DNA from: Octopus vulgaris
Taxonomy: Eukaryota
Assembly: GCA_951406725.2 (NCBI GenBank)
Contig: OX597819.1
Location: forward strand, 51,274,001-51,338,000
Reading direction: 5' to 3'
Length of the DNA stretch: 64,000 bases
Of this stretch, positions 13,129 through 27,404 are shown in pieces. The notes beneath the pieces were generated by a model, which did not search any database, was not told the DNA's origin, and saw only the letters and a program-made list of their open reading frames with translations. Position 1 is the stretch's first letter, and every line of letters starts with the position of its first letter. Both the position numbers and the translations under genes were made by a program.

Positions 13129-16100
13129 GATATTAAACAACCAAAGCTGAAACCCCAATCCACCACACAAACAGCAGAGTACCCCATGGAGGATCCAATG
13201 CCACCCAGTACACTTCAGGAAAGAAGAAATCTGGAAGGCACCAAAGAACCTGTAAATTCTACCTGCGGGGCAAATGTTGGCATGGGGAGGACGGCAAACA
13301 CTGCCGGTTCGCCCACCGGACACCCCGACAGAGCTTCATGGGACTCAAAGAGAAGAGCTTTACTGAGGGAAGACAAGAAATGTCTCCCAGGAAAACTTTC
13401 AGAAAAGAAGTGTGCTCCTCAGATGTTCTGCGCAACGCAGCAGCTGAGCAAGAGTCTTTTTTGTGCATAGCGCAAAAGATTGTCCAGCAGCTAACCTGGC
13501 TACACCAAGCACAGAGAAGGAACCCTGCCCACCACTATGCAAGACCACCACAGTCAACAGACACGGGATGGCCTCCCCTAACGCCTGCACAGCCGTCACC
13601 CCAACACGTTTACTAAATATTGGGGGCCTGTTGCATCAAAATAGAAACGAAATTTCTTTCCTGAGAGATCTTACTGCATGCAATCAACCCTATGCATGGC
13701 ACTCGTGGAAACTCACCTCAGCCCTGATATAGAGGACGCAGAAGTACACATACAAAACTATGCCATACTGCGAACAGACAGAAGGGAATGGAGCCATGGG
13801 GGTGTAGCTGTATACATCCGAGATGACCTCACACCCCAAGTCTTTATGACATACTCAAATTCGGTATGTGACACTTTAATTGTATACATAAGGCAACATA
13901 ATATAGTCATTTGCAATACATATTGCCCACCGGATGCTCCAAATCACATAGGCAAGTTTGAAGTTTTCCTCACAAGAATTAAAGAAATCCTCATGAATCT
14001 GGAACACCACGTGACCATCTTTCTTATGGGTGATTTCAACTTCGCCAAAGTCAAATGACCCGAAGGTCTCATACTCTCAGGAATGAATCATTGCAAGCAA
14101 GTCCCTGCTCAACTTCACCAATGCATTATTCACGGAGCAAGTTGTACTCAAACCAACTAGGGCGAATAACATTCTGGATCTCTGCTTCACGAACAATATG
14201 GACATCATTCATGATGTGAAAGTGACAGCGACATTAGTTTCGGATTACAACATAATAGAGCTGCCTATGTTTGGGCCGAAAGTAACCAGAGACATACAGC
14301 CTAAAGGAAGCACCCAAAATCTCTCCAATCTGAACTTCCACAAAGCAGATTGGAAATCGATCCAAAAAGAGATCCTCAGAGAGGACTGGCCGGAATGTCT
14401 CTCAACACCAGGCATTGACATGAATCTAGAATATTTCATGTCTTCTGTGCAAGCCGTATGCCAGAAATATGTCCCAGAGCACAAGGCCAAAACAAATAGG
14501 AGCAAGATTCCAAGAGACAGGAAGATCCTCATGAGACGACGGACGAAGGTTGCAAATCGTCTCAACCAACATCCCAAAAGTAGCGAAACGTCCCGCCTAA
14601 ATCAACACTGATGGAGATCGAAAAAAGGCTGCAACAATCCTATGTGAGGGAGAAAGCAGACAAAGAAGCCTGGGTTATAAAAAACATTAAATCAAACCCA
14701 AAGGCCTTCTTTCATTACGCGAAAGAAACAGTCTCAGTACACTACAAGATAGGACCCCTCCTCCAAAAGGATGGCCCCCTTACAGACAGTCCAACTAAGA
14801 TCAGTGAGATGCTGAATGACCAGTTCAAAGTGTCTTTACCACCCCGTTGGAACACAGATGAGTGAACGAACCAGTGGACTTCTTTGCCACCTCACCTATA
14901 ACCAGCGATGCGGTTACAATAGAATGTATTGACATTAGCGAAGAAGATGTCCTACTAGCCATAGATGAAGTGGACACAAACTCAACTGCTGGTCCAGATG
15001 GTTTCCCAGCAATCCTCTTCAAAGCGTGTAAGCATGCCCTGGCAAAACCCCTCAAGATTCTCTTCCAGAGCTTTCTTACAAATGGCAAACTGCCAAGCAA
15101 GCTGAAGGAGGTAATAATATGCCCAATACACAAAGGGGGATGTAGAGCAGATGCCAAAAACTATAGGCATATCTGTCTGACTTCACACATCAGCAAAGTC
15201 ATGGAACGGATAGTCAGAAAGAAACTAATCGCATTCCTTGAGGATAATAACTTGCTGAGTGATACCCAGCATGGTTTTCGACTAGGTAGGAGCTGCCTGA
15301 CCCAGCTCTTACAACATCATGACTGGGTGTTGAGGCAGTTACTCAACAAATCAAATGTGGACGTAATCTACCTTGATTTTGCAAAAGCTTTTGACAAGGT
15401 GGATCATGGTATGATATGCTACAAACTGCGTGACCTCGGCATAGCTGGAAAACTTGGAGTGTGGTTACATGACTTCCTGAAAGAAAAGTGTCAGGCTGTA
15501 GTGGTTAATGGAGCCACCTCTATGAACACACAAATAGTGAGGGGTGTTCCACAGGACACTGTCTTGGGACCACTGCTTTTTATAGTGGCCCTCTCAGATA
15601 TGCCCTCAAATGCCCGGATAGCCACTCTGGCAAGCTATGCAGATGATACGAAAGTCTCGCAGAAAATACAGAACCCCAGCGATGTTGCACACCTGCAGCA
15701 GGAGTTGGACTCAATCAACAGATGGGCTGAGGATAATAATATGCAGTTTAATGCTGAAAAATTCCAGGCCCTGCGCTACCAGCATCCAAAACTCAATATT
15801 AAACTTACAGGATTCACCGGTCTACAGGGAATCGACATGAGTGAAGATACCTCTTTCCAAGTGCATATTACCAGAATGTCGACAAAGTGCAGACGACTGG
15901 CTGGATGGATCCTAAGAACATTCAGAACCAGAGATAAGGAAACCATGATGGTCCTCTGGATTACTGCTCACAGCTATGGTCACCCACCAGTGTGAAATTA
16001 ACAGCGGACCTTGAAGAAATCCAGAGAAGATTCACAAAGAAGATCGTCTCTTTGCAACTGGGAAAGGTTGAAACAGCTAAGACTTTACTCCCTGGAGAGA

Positions 16101-16560
16101 AGACGGGAGAGGTATGCAGTAATATATGTCTGGAATATCCTGGAAGGATTTGTGCCAAATTTTGGCATTGTAAGCTACACCAATGCTAGAACGGGACGAC
16201 ACTGCACAGTACCAAAGATCCCAGTAATGCCATCACGCTTCAGGACCAGCTACTACAACAGCCTGGGTTTCAAGGGCCCACAGCTTTTTAATATTCTCCC
16301 AAAGAGTCTGAGGAACTTGCATAAAGTAGATGTAACGGTTTTTAAATTAAAACTGGACATCTTCCTGTCGAGAGTCCCAGATGAACCTACCTCACAGCGA
16401 GAGGTGCAAATGAGGGTAGCTATATCAAACTCCATTCTTCACCAAGTGCCATATATTAGAGGAGGCTTTTCGTAATAACAGTGTAGCACAAAACGGCGGT
16501 GCATCAGCATGGCCGCAGCTCTGAGCTGAATCAAGAAAAACGAAAAACAAAAAACAATAA
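13129..16560 (+). mobile_element. CR1-like LINE, ORF2 (APE endonuclease + RT) pseudogenised
   Basis: APE motifs LNIGGL, ETHL, HGGVAVY, MGDFN (13610-14060); RT GPDG, QHGFR, YLDFAKAFDKVDH, GVPQDTVLGPLLF, YADD (14862..15995); C-terminal LYSLERRRER; several frameshifts/stops; tail ggcggtgcatcagcatggccgcagct. Confidence 0.93.
14862..15995 (+). pseudogene. Reverse transcriptase domain of CR1-like LINE (disrupted ORF2 segment)
   Basis: 377-aa open frame with all core non-LTR RT motifs, frameshifted at both ends. Confidence 0.9.
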
Positions 16561-16630
16561 ACAAATATATATATATATTAATACATACATACATACATGC
16601 ATACATACATACATACATACATACCTTCAT

Positions 16631-16696
<66 letters not shown>

Positions 16697-18602
16697 CTTG
16701 TCTATTTATAAGAGAATGACTATGTGTTTGGTTAATTTGTCAAATGAAGTTAAAATGATTGAAGCTTCTTTGTATCTCGGATGCATTATTATCTGTTCAT
16801 CCATTTTGTTAAGGAAAGAATTATTTAGCAATCGAAATACGCACGAAGATATAACTTTGGTCAGTATTTCGTTTAGTAATGTGATAGCGTTGATAATTAT
16901 CGTACATTTGTGAGCGAGCTTGCAGTTATAGCAATCACATTAGATAACAGATATTGCTAGCAAGTAAAACGACAATGTGATAGAGTTAACAATTATCGTC
17001 AGTTTCTAAGCTAGCAATTATGATTGTAATTATCGCAGGATTAATCTGATATTGGTAGCAATCGAAATGACAATTTGATTTAGTAAGCAACGATATTGAA
17101 ACAAATAAAATGAATTAGCAATCTTATTCAGAGAGATCAGGTAAATTAGCTATCATACCTGAGACAAAACACAACTAGTTATAAATACAATATCGGTGAA
17201 TTGGCGATTCAGCAACAGCTTAGTGTTTATACGTTATTTTATTCTATTCAACATCGCTATTTATCATGTTATCTCTTTATTCCTAATGGTTTCCGATACA
17301 TTTATCTTTTGATATTCTTCTGTAAAATAGCTGATAAGAAAAGAAAAAAAAAACATGAATGAATGCCTGAATATAATGTAATCATTGATGTTGTTGGTTG
17401 TTGCTTTCTTTCTTAGTTTACCTTTATATCTTCTATCTAGTAGATATATTTGAACAGCGCATTTGACCCATACGCACCGGACTGCTCTTTTTTTTTTTTT
17501 TGTTATCAGATAGTCAAAGCGAATTATCTAACTTTCGCTCATGATAAAACCAAACGCTACAATTGAGCATCGATTTAAATAATTGATATGAAAAAAAAAT
17601 AATAATCCATCAATGAAAAGCTTGGACACTAGAGAGCTTCGGTTATGCTAAGTTTGACCCAAAAAGGTAGCGCGTATCAACACGCCGTTCCACATCTAAT
17701 ATTGTTTTGAAGCAAATACGATCAAGATTTTATGAGCCGAGGCAACAAATATTAATATCTGGTTATCGCTGGAGATCAAAGAACACTCAAAATAATGGAA
17801 ACATTCATCATCCTTGTCTGATACACAAGAGCCAACAGTGAAAAAATATATAGACATATATACGTGTATATGTAGAGCTAAAATAATGAAAATAAAGGAA
17901 TAAAATACTTCCAGAATATATTTGATTTGCATGTTAAGTTATGCTTTGACTGTAGGCTGCTAGTGAGAATATCAGTGGTCAGTAAGTTATGGAAATGTTT
18001 ATAAGGTAAAGTGTACGTGCGTAGATGCTTGGGTGTATATGTGTGTGTATTTGTGTGTGTACGCGTGTATGTGTGTTTGTGAGTGTTGATGTGAAGCAGT
18101 GGCGCCCTCGCTTTACTGAATGGCACATTAAAAACATTGCGATAGCGTGTTTGAGAGGTTGCCAATAAACATTAAAGTGAAACTTCATAGAAACACCAAA
18201 AGAACATGTAATTCGCTACGAAGTCTACCTACTAACATAACAACTCATTAATTCTCCCTGCATGACCAAGATTCTAAACTGAATACAGCTGTAACAAAAT
18301 TTATACTGGTATTCAAAGAACAAATCAATAAATTAAGAAGATATATATACGCCTATATATATACTAGTGTATAGATACCTACGTGTAAGAATGTATCTAT
18401 ATGTAATATATATGCTTATATATACATATGTATATATAAATATAAATAGATAGATATATTTGTATATATAAATATTATATATATACATGTATAGATGTAT
18501 ATATACATATATACCTATAAACCTACTAATACTGTATCTATGTATATATGTTTACTAATAGTTATGTATATATATACATATATATTTGTCTATACATGTA
18601 TG

Positions 18603-18669
<67 letters not shown>

Positions 18670-19334
18670 ACATGTGTATGCGCGCGCGTGTCTACGCGTG
18701 CTTGTGTAATAAAAAAGATTACATATTCCAGCGGTAACTTGTGAAAGATATGAGATCAAATATTATGTCGGTTGTTGAAAAATAGATTTTGCAAAAAGTA
18801 AAATGAGCTACTTTACTATGTAATTAATACACATAATGTTTCGTAACCCGGTACTTCGTTTTGGCACTGGAGGAAAAGAAAGAAAAAAAGATATATTAGT
18901 CTTTTAATGTGGTGAATTCAGAAGCGATACTCTGGAAGTAGTTTCTTTTTATCTTCTTTGAATTGATGAAAAGATTGAAGCGATCGTAGAAAGAACAAGC
19001 TCAGTACTTTAAACTAACAAAGCCCTCACCAAGTATTCATAGATTCATACGTTGTCTGCTTATTTACAACTGAATAGACTTAGCAATTCTGAGTCAAATG
19101 CAATATTGGAATATGTATCCATTTGATTTGGTCATTTGCACATGAAGCACTGTTTCGGATCGGAATTGTAGTCTTCTCGGTTTTGAACCTTTCCTCACAA
19201 AACGTTATTGTTATCCTCATAAAACCTATGAATTCAATGCGGTGAAGTTCACGTGTCGTATGCAAGGAAAACATAATCATTTGTGAGAGAATATGAATGT
19301 ATGTTTGTATGTACGTATGTATGTACGTATGTAC

Positions 19335-20270
19335 AGGCGCAGATGCGGTTTTCTGGTAAGAAGTTTACTTCCTACCCATATAGTTCCGGTCTGAGTCCCA
19401 CTGCTTGGCACCATGAGCAAGTGTCTTCTACTATAGACTCGGGCCAGCCAGTCTTGTGAGTGGATTTGGTAGGTGGAAACTGAAAGAATCCAGTCGTATA
19501 TATATATGTAAATGGTAAAGAGGACAGCAAACGCTAATGTAACACAAACATCTCAAGTCATAAACGTTATTATTATTGGAAAAATTTAAAGTCTTACAGC
19601 TGTTTCTGGGATATTCCAAAGTATGGGATATTCCATCATCGGAGACAAATAGGGAAAATGTGAAGGGTAGAGACGACATTAATTTATATAATTCATTAGT
19701 CTATACCCTTCACATTTTCATTAATCTATACCCTGCACATTTGCCTTCTTTGTCTCCGATGATGGAATATCCCTACTTTGGGATATCTCAGAAACAGCTG
19801 TAAGACTTTAAATTTTCCCAATAATAATAACGTATATGACTTGAGATGTTTGTCTTGCTTTAGCGTTTCTTGTCCTCTTTAACAATTCTATACCTGCTAT
19901 ATCGGAAATCTACAATGGTTCCATAATTCCCGTCTCGGCTATGACCTTGGAGCCCTGGTAATCAGTTACAGCATTATCTATCGTACCTAGTCGTTTAGAT
20001 AACCTGTGAAATAAAACTCCATATTTTGTATATATATGTGTGTGTGTATGTGTGTTTGTCTCCTTGTTTATCTCTGTGTTTGTCTCCACCATCGCTTGAC
20101 AACTGTTGATGGAATGCTTTTGTCCTCGTAACTTAGCCGGTCTGAAAAAGAGACCTATAAAATAAGTAACAGACTTTTAAAAAATAAGTACAACGGTCCA
20201 TCCCTTCGTCTAAAATTTTTCAAGATGGTACCACAGCATGGTTGCAGTCTAAAGATTGAAACAAGTAAAA
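19335..20270 (+). mobile_element. SINE family 1 split by insertion into its internal microsatellite
   Basis: 5' half 19335-19500, 3' half ~20030-20270; fold-back element 19510-19885 in between. Confidence 0.8.
19510..19885. mobile_element. Fold-back element with hammerhead-like motifs at 19591-19646(-) and 19752-19806(+)
   Basis: Arms near reverse-complementary (aaagaggac...ggagacaaa / tttgtctcc...gtcctcttt); motif GTCT CCGATGA TGGAATATCCC tacttt GGGATATCTCA GAAA CAGCTG TA AGAC. Confidence 0.8.
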
Positions 20271-20276
20271 TATCAA

Positions 20277-20437
<161 letters not shown>

Positions 20438-20439
20438 GA

Positions 20440-20840
20440 ATATATGTACATACCTACATATATATATATGTATATATACATGCATATATGGGTACAGGAC
20501 ATCAAAAAAGAAAAATAAACAAAATGAGAAACGAGAACATAAAAAGCAAAAACATAGAAAACGAACTTTTTTTTCAAACAACGAAAGAAACAAACAAACA
20601 GAGAAACGAGACAGGCAACATAAAGAACATTCCCTTCATCAGTTGTCCCCTGTTTTATCTACTCCGCGTTTCGAAGGTATGGACAAGACGCGACTTCGCT
20701 AAAACTGTTCTTCCCGCAAAGCAAACTAGATAATATTTGGGGTTTTTTGCGGAGGGTGAAAGTCGTAACAAAAACAGGACAGTGAGAACAAAACAGTAAA
20801 TAACAAACGGCGAGGACTGTTAAACCAAGACGTTGTGAAC
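20440..20840. mobile_element. (TA)n-flanked short repeat; reverse-complement homolog at ~48990-49250
   Basis: Shared blocks gtacaggaca, gagaaacga, cccttcatcagttgtccc, tttcgaagg versus their complements at 49 kb. Confidence 0.65.
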
Positions 20841-20845
20841 ATACA

Positions 20846-20989
<144 letters not shown>

Positions 20990-21139
20990 GCACGCACGCA
21001 CACACACACGCATATACATATATGTATGCACGTATGTATACATTCGTGAGTTGCCAAGGGAGCTTGGCGACGCCCCAAACTGAAACATCGATAGTGTTCT
21101 CCTTTGCTATGAAAGTCCACACCATAAAGTTCCTCTTGT

Positions 21140-21555
21140 CTGTGGCTGTGTGTTAAATAGCTTGCTCACGAACCACATGGTTCTGGGTTCAGTCCCACTG
21201 CGTGGCACTTTGGGCAAGTGTCTTCTACTATAGCCTCTGGCCGACCAAAGCCTTGTGAGTGGATTTGTTAGACGGAAACTGAAAGAAGCCTGTCGTATAT
21301 ATGTATATATATGTATGTATGTATGTATCTATGTTTGTGTGTCTGTGTTTGCCCCCCCCCCTCCAACATCGCTTGACAACCGAAGCTGTTGTGTATAGGT
21401 CCCCGTAAATTAGCGGTTCGGCAAAAGAGACCGATAGAATAAGTACTAGGCTTACAAAGAATAAGTCCAGGGATCGATTTGCTCGACTGAAGGCGGTGCT
21501 CCGGCATGGCCACAGTCAAATTACTGAAACAAGTAAAAGAGTAAAAAGAGTAAAG
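21140..21555 (+). mobile_element. SINE family 1
   Basis: Homologous to 2158-2560, tail gaaacaagtaaaagagtaaaaagag. Confidence 0.9.
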
Positions 21556-21895
21556 ACTATACACAAAAGCAAAAGTCGAAGTACACTGTTGTGTTTTAAG
21601 TATATAAATCTATCAATCTTGCTAGAAGCTAATGATTTCGATAAAATGTCCAGTTTAAAAATAAGAAGAATTTAGATGAAATTTGCTATTTTTATATAAT
21701 GATCGTGAGAATACAGTATTAGTTTAGTTTTTACCTCTTGTTTATTGTTACCTATTGTCATGTCTTTTCAATTGCCAATATAGGCTGAATGTAATTATGT
21801 TGATTACGTGTAAGCGCTTTCACATATATTTACAAGATATCGATTTCCTAATTAAATCATAAATGAATAATTAAATGATACAGAAATCATTAATA

Positions 21896-21958
21896 GATAT
21901 TATCACCGAATTCTAACTCGCTACTTGAAGTAGTGAGTTAGAATTCGGTGATAATATC
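21896..21958. repeat. Near-perfect 63-bp palindrome (31-bp arms, 1-nt spacer)
   Basis: gatattatcaccgaattctaactcgctactt g aagtagtgagttagaattcggtgataatatc; one mismatch (G-T). Confidence 0.95.
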
Positions 21959-22271
21959 CAAAAGCATGGAAAAAAGGAAAAAAAATCCGGAAATTGTTAA
22001 CGTGTAAAAAATATATACACATTGTGCAAACAGGAGGATCTTTCTATGATGAGATAAATTTCATTTTCTCGTGCAGAAGAGTTCTTAATTCCAGTTTTTG
22101 ACTACGAAATCACGACCACTATTTGAACTGTAGTTTTGTATGGTTTGTGGTTTGGCGATAAGTGTGGATATTTACAGCATAGCACTTTAAAAGTTAACAA
22201 TACTTAACCCATTATTTAGTTACATATATCTATCGAACACTTAACAGTCATTTATTTGTTCATGCAAATAA

Positions 22272-22533
22272 AAATAAATAAATAAATGCGCCCTTTTAGA
22301 GCCTAGCCAGGCTCATGGGCCCGGTTTCCCGGTTTCCATGGCGTATGTGTTCCTCTGCTGGATGGGGCGCCAGTCTATCGCAGCGTTGCTCATTTTTGCC
22401 AGCTCAGTGGACTGGAGTAACGTGAAATGAAGTGTTTTGCTCAAGAACACAACGCGTCGCCCAGTCCAGGAATCGAAACCGCAATCTTACGATCATGATG
22501 GTGACACCCTAACCACCAAGCCACGCGCCTCCA
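22272..22533 (-). mobile_element. tRNA-derived SINE group 2 with (TTTA)n tail
   Basis: Minus: ggaggcgcgtggcttggtggttagg..ggtttcgattcc..ctccagtccact..gactggcgccccatccag..ggaaaccgggaaaccgg; homolog at 26671-26890. Confidence 0.85.
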
Positions 22534-22559
22534 CTGTTCATGCAAATACTTCAACAATA

Positions 22560-23025
22560 TTTAAACTCAATTCCCTGGAGCAAAGACAGGCAAGATATGC
22601 AGTAACATATGTCTTGAAGGTTCTCAACGTGCTTAATCAAAGTTTGACATTGTAAGCTACAAAAAACATCAAACAGCCACTGTATAGCACCAAAGGTTTC
22701 AATTTTGCCAACTAGAGTTAGAACCAGATACTGCATTGGTTTAAATTTCAACGGTTCACAGCTCTATAATATTCGGTTAAAAAGCTTGAGAGATCAACTT
22801 GGTATGGATGTGTTTGTTTTTAAGAAACAACAAAGCATCTTCTGAAATTCCAGATGAACCTACACCACAGCACGAAACGCAAGAGATGGAGAGCAACATC
22901 GAACTTCCTCATTCACTAAATGACCACCAAAGAGGAAGGGTTAAAAAAAGCGTAGCAACACCAATATCAGTGCTCCAGCATGACCACAGCTCACAGGCTG
23001 CAACAGGGAAAAGAATAAAACGGGA
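22560..23025 (+). mobile_element. Degraded 3' part of CR1-like LINE
   Basis: FKLNSLEQRQARYAVTYVLKVL and IPDEPT resemble LRLYSLERRRERYAVIYVWNIL and VPDEPT of 16011..16475; tail gtgctccagcatgaccacagctc. Confidence 0.8.
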
Positions 23026-23684
23026 AAGAAACTCACTCATACGCACATGTGCACACAGCTGTACATTATTTTAATACAGGCTGTCACAGACGTACGAATC
23101 ACATCGTCGATTGTACTGTGCACATGTCGAAAATGGAATCCAACTATTTGTGGACGAAAAATATTTTCGATTCCTCAAAAAATAACCAAAGTTGATTTTT
23201 TTTCTGTCATTTTCATCCTCCCTCTCTAATATACACTCCGTTTCTATCTTTCTCTCTTATACACACTCCCTTTCTCTCTTTATTTCTTTCTTCCTTTTTT
23301 TTTTGGCTTTTTTTCTTTCTTTCGCTTTCTCTTCCATTTGCTCTCTCATTCTCACAAACATTTTCTTTCGCGAATAAAAAGTGTTCTATTTAATGAAGAT
23401 TTTGAAACTAAGTTCCAATATTGACTCTGACTTCACCTTCAATTCTCATGTCCAAAAGTCTTCTTTTATAATTTTATTTCTTCCGTTTATTTTCGTGTAT
23501 ATTTTTTAAAATCTTTTTTTTTTATTCCTATTGCTATTTTATTTCCATTTCATCATTATCTACTTTCGTTTTCGCCTTTCTTTCATTCTCGTTTTCTTGC
23601 TTTCGGCTTTTCACCTTTCCTTTTGTACAGCTGTTCTTTGTTTAGTATTGTTCCGTCTCTCAATCGTTCGCTCGCTCACTCATC

Positions 23685-23690
23685 ATCTAC

Positions 23691-23755
<65 letters not shown>

Positions 23756-23967
23756 ACTTGTTATTTTTATATATTATTTCTGCCTTTAAACTAATAAATT
23801 TCTCAAACATTGTCCATCCTTTGTACCTTACTTTGCGTTCTTATCCAACAAACCTTCTTTATATTCCTTTACACCTTAACAATCACGCACGTACACACAT
23901 TCTCTCACGCACAAATTTCCTGAAACATAAATACACAATTGTAAATATACATGTGAGAGAATTTATG

Positions 23968-24016
<49 letters not shown>

Positions 24017-24035
24017 CTATGTGTGTGTGTTTGTG

Positions 24036-24108
<73 letters not shown>

Positions 24109-24503
24109 ATATTTATGTAAGTATATAAGTATGTATGCATGTATGTGTGTACATATATATGAATGTGTATGTATGTGGGTTCGTGTGTGCGTGGAGATAT
24201 ATAAATATATTAAAAACATTTCAATATATAAGATGCATACATGCACATGTATATAGTGTGTGTATAAGTAAATATATTGTAATATACTTAAAAAAAACAT
24301 GAATATTTAGACCTCTATTCTAACATGTATATACACACATATGTTTATAAATTTATATGCTTGCTTGTACCCATACACACACATATATATTTTATATACA
24401 CACATCCACACATCTACACGCAGTCATATATATGTATGTATGTATGTATATATATATACACACACACACGCACACACACACATACACACACACACACACA
24501 CAC

Positions 24504-24587
<84 letters not shown>

Positions 24588-24709
24588 TATATACGTATGT
24601 ATATATATATATACACTGATAGATAGACGCATACGTACGCACAAGTGCGTAGAATAACAAAAGCAGTTCATTGCAGATATACATTCAACTGCAAACACAA
24701 TCACTCGCA

Positions 24710-24755
<46 letters not shown>

Positions 24756-25114
24756 AATATATATATATACATATATACATACGCACGCATCTTTAGATTA
24801 AGACACATGCACCCACACATATATACAAGCATCTACAGACATTGCCTTGAACATAAACTAAATTTCGAAGGAAGAATAAATAAAAAAAAGTAAGTAGCTT
24901 ATAAATCGTGTTAAATCAGAAATAAAATCCAGAGCACAATTATTCTAGGTTTGTCGAATGTGCATCGAAAATTCGATTAGGCATAAAACAAATTTGATAA
25001 GAAGTTAATCTGTGCCAGGAACGATGACGCCAAACCAAACTGAATTAAGCTTAGTTGTTCTACGTTAGAATCTCTATAGGTTAAGCATGTATATATGTAA
25101 GTATTATCTATGTT

Positions 25115-25209
<95 letters not shown>

Positions 25210-25526
25210 TCACACATATATATATACAGATATATATATAGATAGATAGATATATACTTACACACGTATAGATATATGTGTGTGTGTGTAGATATATATA
25301 TATATACTTATATATTTGCGTCTATGTTTGCATCACACACCCTAAAGATAGGTAAATGTATGCATTCGATGTACATGAACATACGTAGAGTGAGACACAC
25401 TCGTACACACATGTATGTATAGGTATGTGTATATGGAGAAATGAACGGGAGAAAAACTTTTAGAATTAATCTCTCCTCCGTAAAACACACACGTGTGCAT
25501 GTATGTTGTGTGAGTTTCAATATACG

Positions 25527-25604
<78 letters not shown>

Positions 25605-25771
25605 TATATATACATATATATATGTATAGATATATATATGTATGTATGTATGTATGTATGCATGTATGTTTGTATATATATATATATACATACCTATATG
25701 TATATATATATGATGTACTATATAATAAATCTAACGTGTCAGTAATATGTATAAATGTATATATAAATATA

Positions 25772-25809
<38 letters not shown>

Positions 25810-25962
25810 TATGTATGTATGTATATGCATATATACATATATACACCTCAGACATATATACGTCTATACACACATACATATGCACACCAGAGGAAGAAGA
25901 CTTTTTAAAACTAAATTTCGTATTTCTTACATTAGTTACTTGTTTTTGTGTCTACATATATG

Positions 25963-26023
<61 letters not shown>

Positions 26024-26235
26024 GTATGTATGCATGTATATATATATATACGTATATATACATATGTATATATATATATATGTATATATGTATATATATA
26101 TGTGTATATATATATATATGTATGCATGTATGTATGTATGTATGTATGTATGTATGTATGTATGTATGTGTGTATGTATGTATGTACGTATGTATGTATG
26201 TATGTATGTATGTATGCATGAGTCTGTATGTATAT
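23685..26235. repeat. Compound microsatellite field (TATC, TA, GT, CA, TATG)
   Basis: Direct. Confidence 0.93.
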
Positions 26236-26670
26236 ATGTGAGTTTAGTTCAAAGTGTTTTTTATTATTTTTCCTCTTATTTGGCAAGCAAAACACACAAA
26301 TCAGTTTTGAAGTTCTTACAACAGTGTATATAATGTGAGGAATGGGTGTGGTGTGTAGAAGAAATAATTGTGATTGTTGGTCACGTAGAGTAAAGAATCT
26401 AGTTGGGTGCTGGCTTTTTAGCTCTTTGTTCGTCTTCTTATACTTAATAGTGTCGTGGTTGTTGTTGTTGTAGGTTCTGGCTTGTAAGTTGGTTTGTTGT
26501 CTTTGCTCTGGGCTTTGCTACTGTTGTTGTTGATGCTGTTGTTGTAGCTGTAGTTGTTGTTGTTCCACCTTTTACTGTTTAGGCCCAGCTTAGATTTGAT
26601 CCAGTATCGGTGTGGCAAGATGTTTGCTTCCTAACCACATGGTTACGTGTTCAGAACATATGACAACGAT

Positions 26671-26890
26671 CTTAGTGGTTAGAGTGTTGAACCCATGATA
26701 GTAAGATTGCGGTTTCGATTCTCGGACCGGATGACACGTTGTATTTTTGAGCAGAACACTTCATTTCACATCTCTCTAGTCCACTCAGCTGGCAAAAATG
26801 AGTAATCCTGAGATGAACCAGCGTCCTGTCCAGGTGAGGAATACATCCGCCATGGAAACTGGGAAACCGGCCCTTATGAGTCGGCTCTTT
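26671..26890 (+). mobile_element. tRNA-derived SINE group 2
   Basis: cttagtggttag..ggtttcgattctc..agtccactcagctggcaaaaatgagt..ggaaactgggaaaccgg; homologous to 22272-22533. Confidence 0.8.
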
Positions 26891-27404
26891 ACACAAGCAG
26901 ACACCGGGGTCGATCATCATTAATCACCCCATCCAGAGATCATTGCTGTCAATATATCATGATTCTTTCTAAATGGCAGCCAAGGCGAATGACGGATTAG
27001 TAGAATACCTAAAGTGTAGTTCAAATCTACTTAAGGACAATTTTGTCTTCATTCTTTCGGACTCAATAAAGTATAATAAAGTCATATATTAAGGCCGCTT
27101 CTTCTCCCTCCCTCTTTCTCTCCCTATGGCTCAGAAGCAGCTGCATTGAAGAATCCAAGACAAGAAAGAATTGCTCACATCACTTCCGACTGAACAATCA
27201 GGATTTCATTGCCATTCTGTGGATCCCCAGAAAAAATATCCTGTGCACCGTCTTGTATGTACTCACCGATATGCAATATAGCACATAGTTGTTGTTGTTG
27301 GTTTTTTTTATTTTCGTTTTTGCTTTTTGTTGTCCATCTTGTTTGCTCATCCTTTCGATACCGTCTTCTTCTAACTCATCTCCTTTCATTGTTGCTAAAT
27401 CTAT

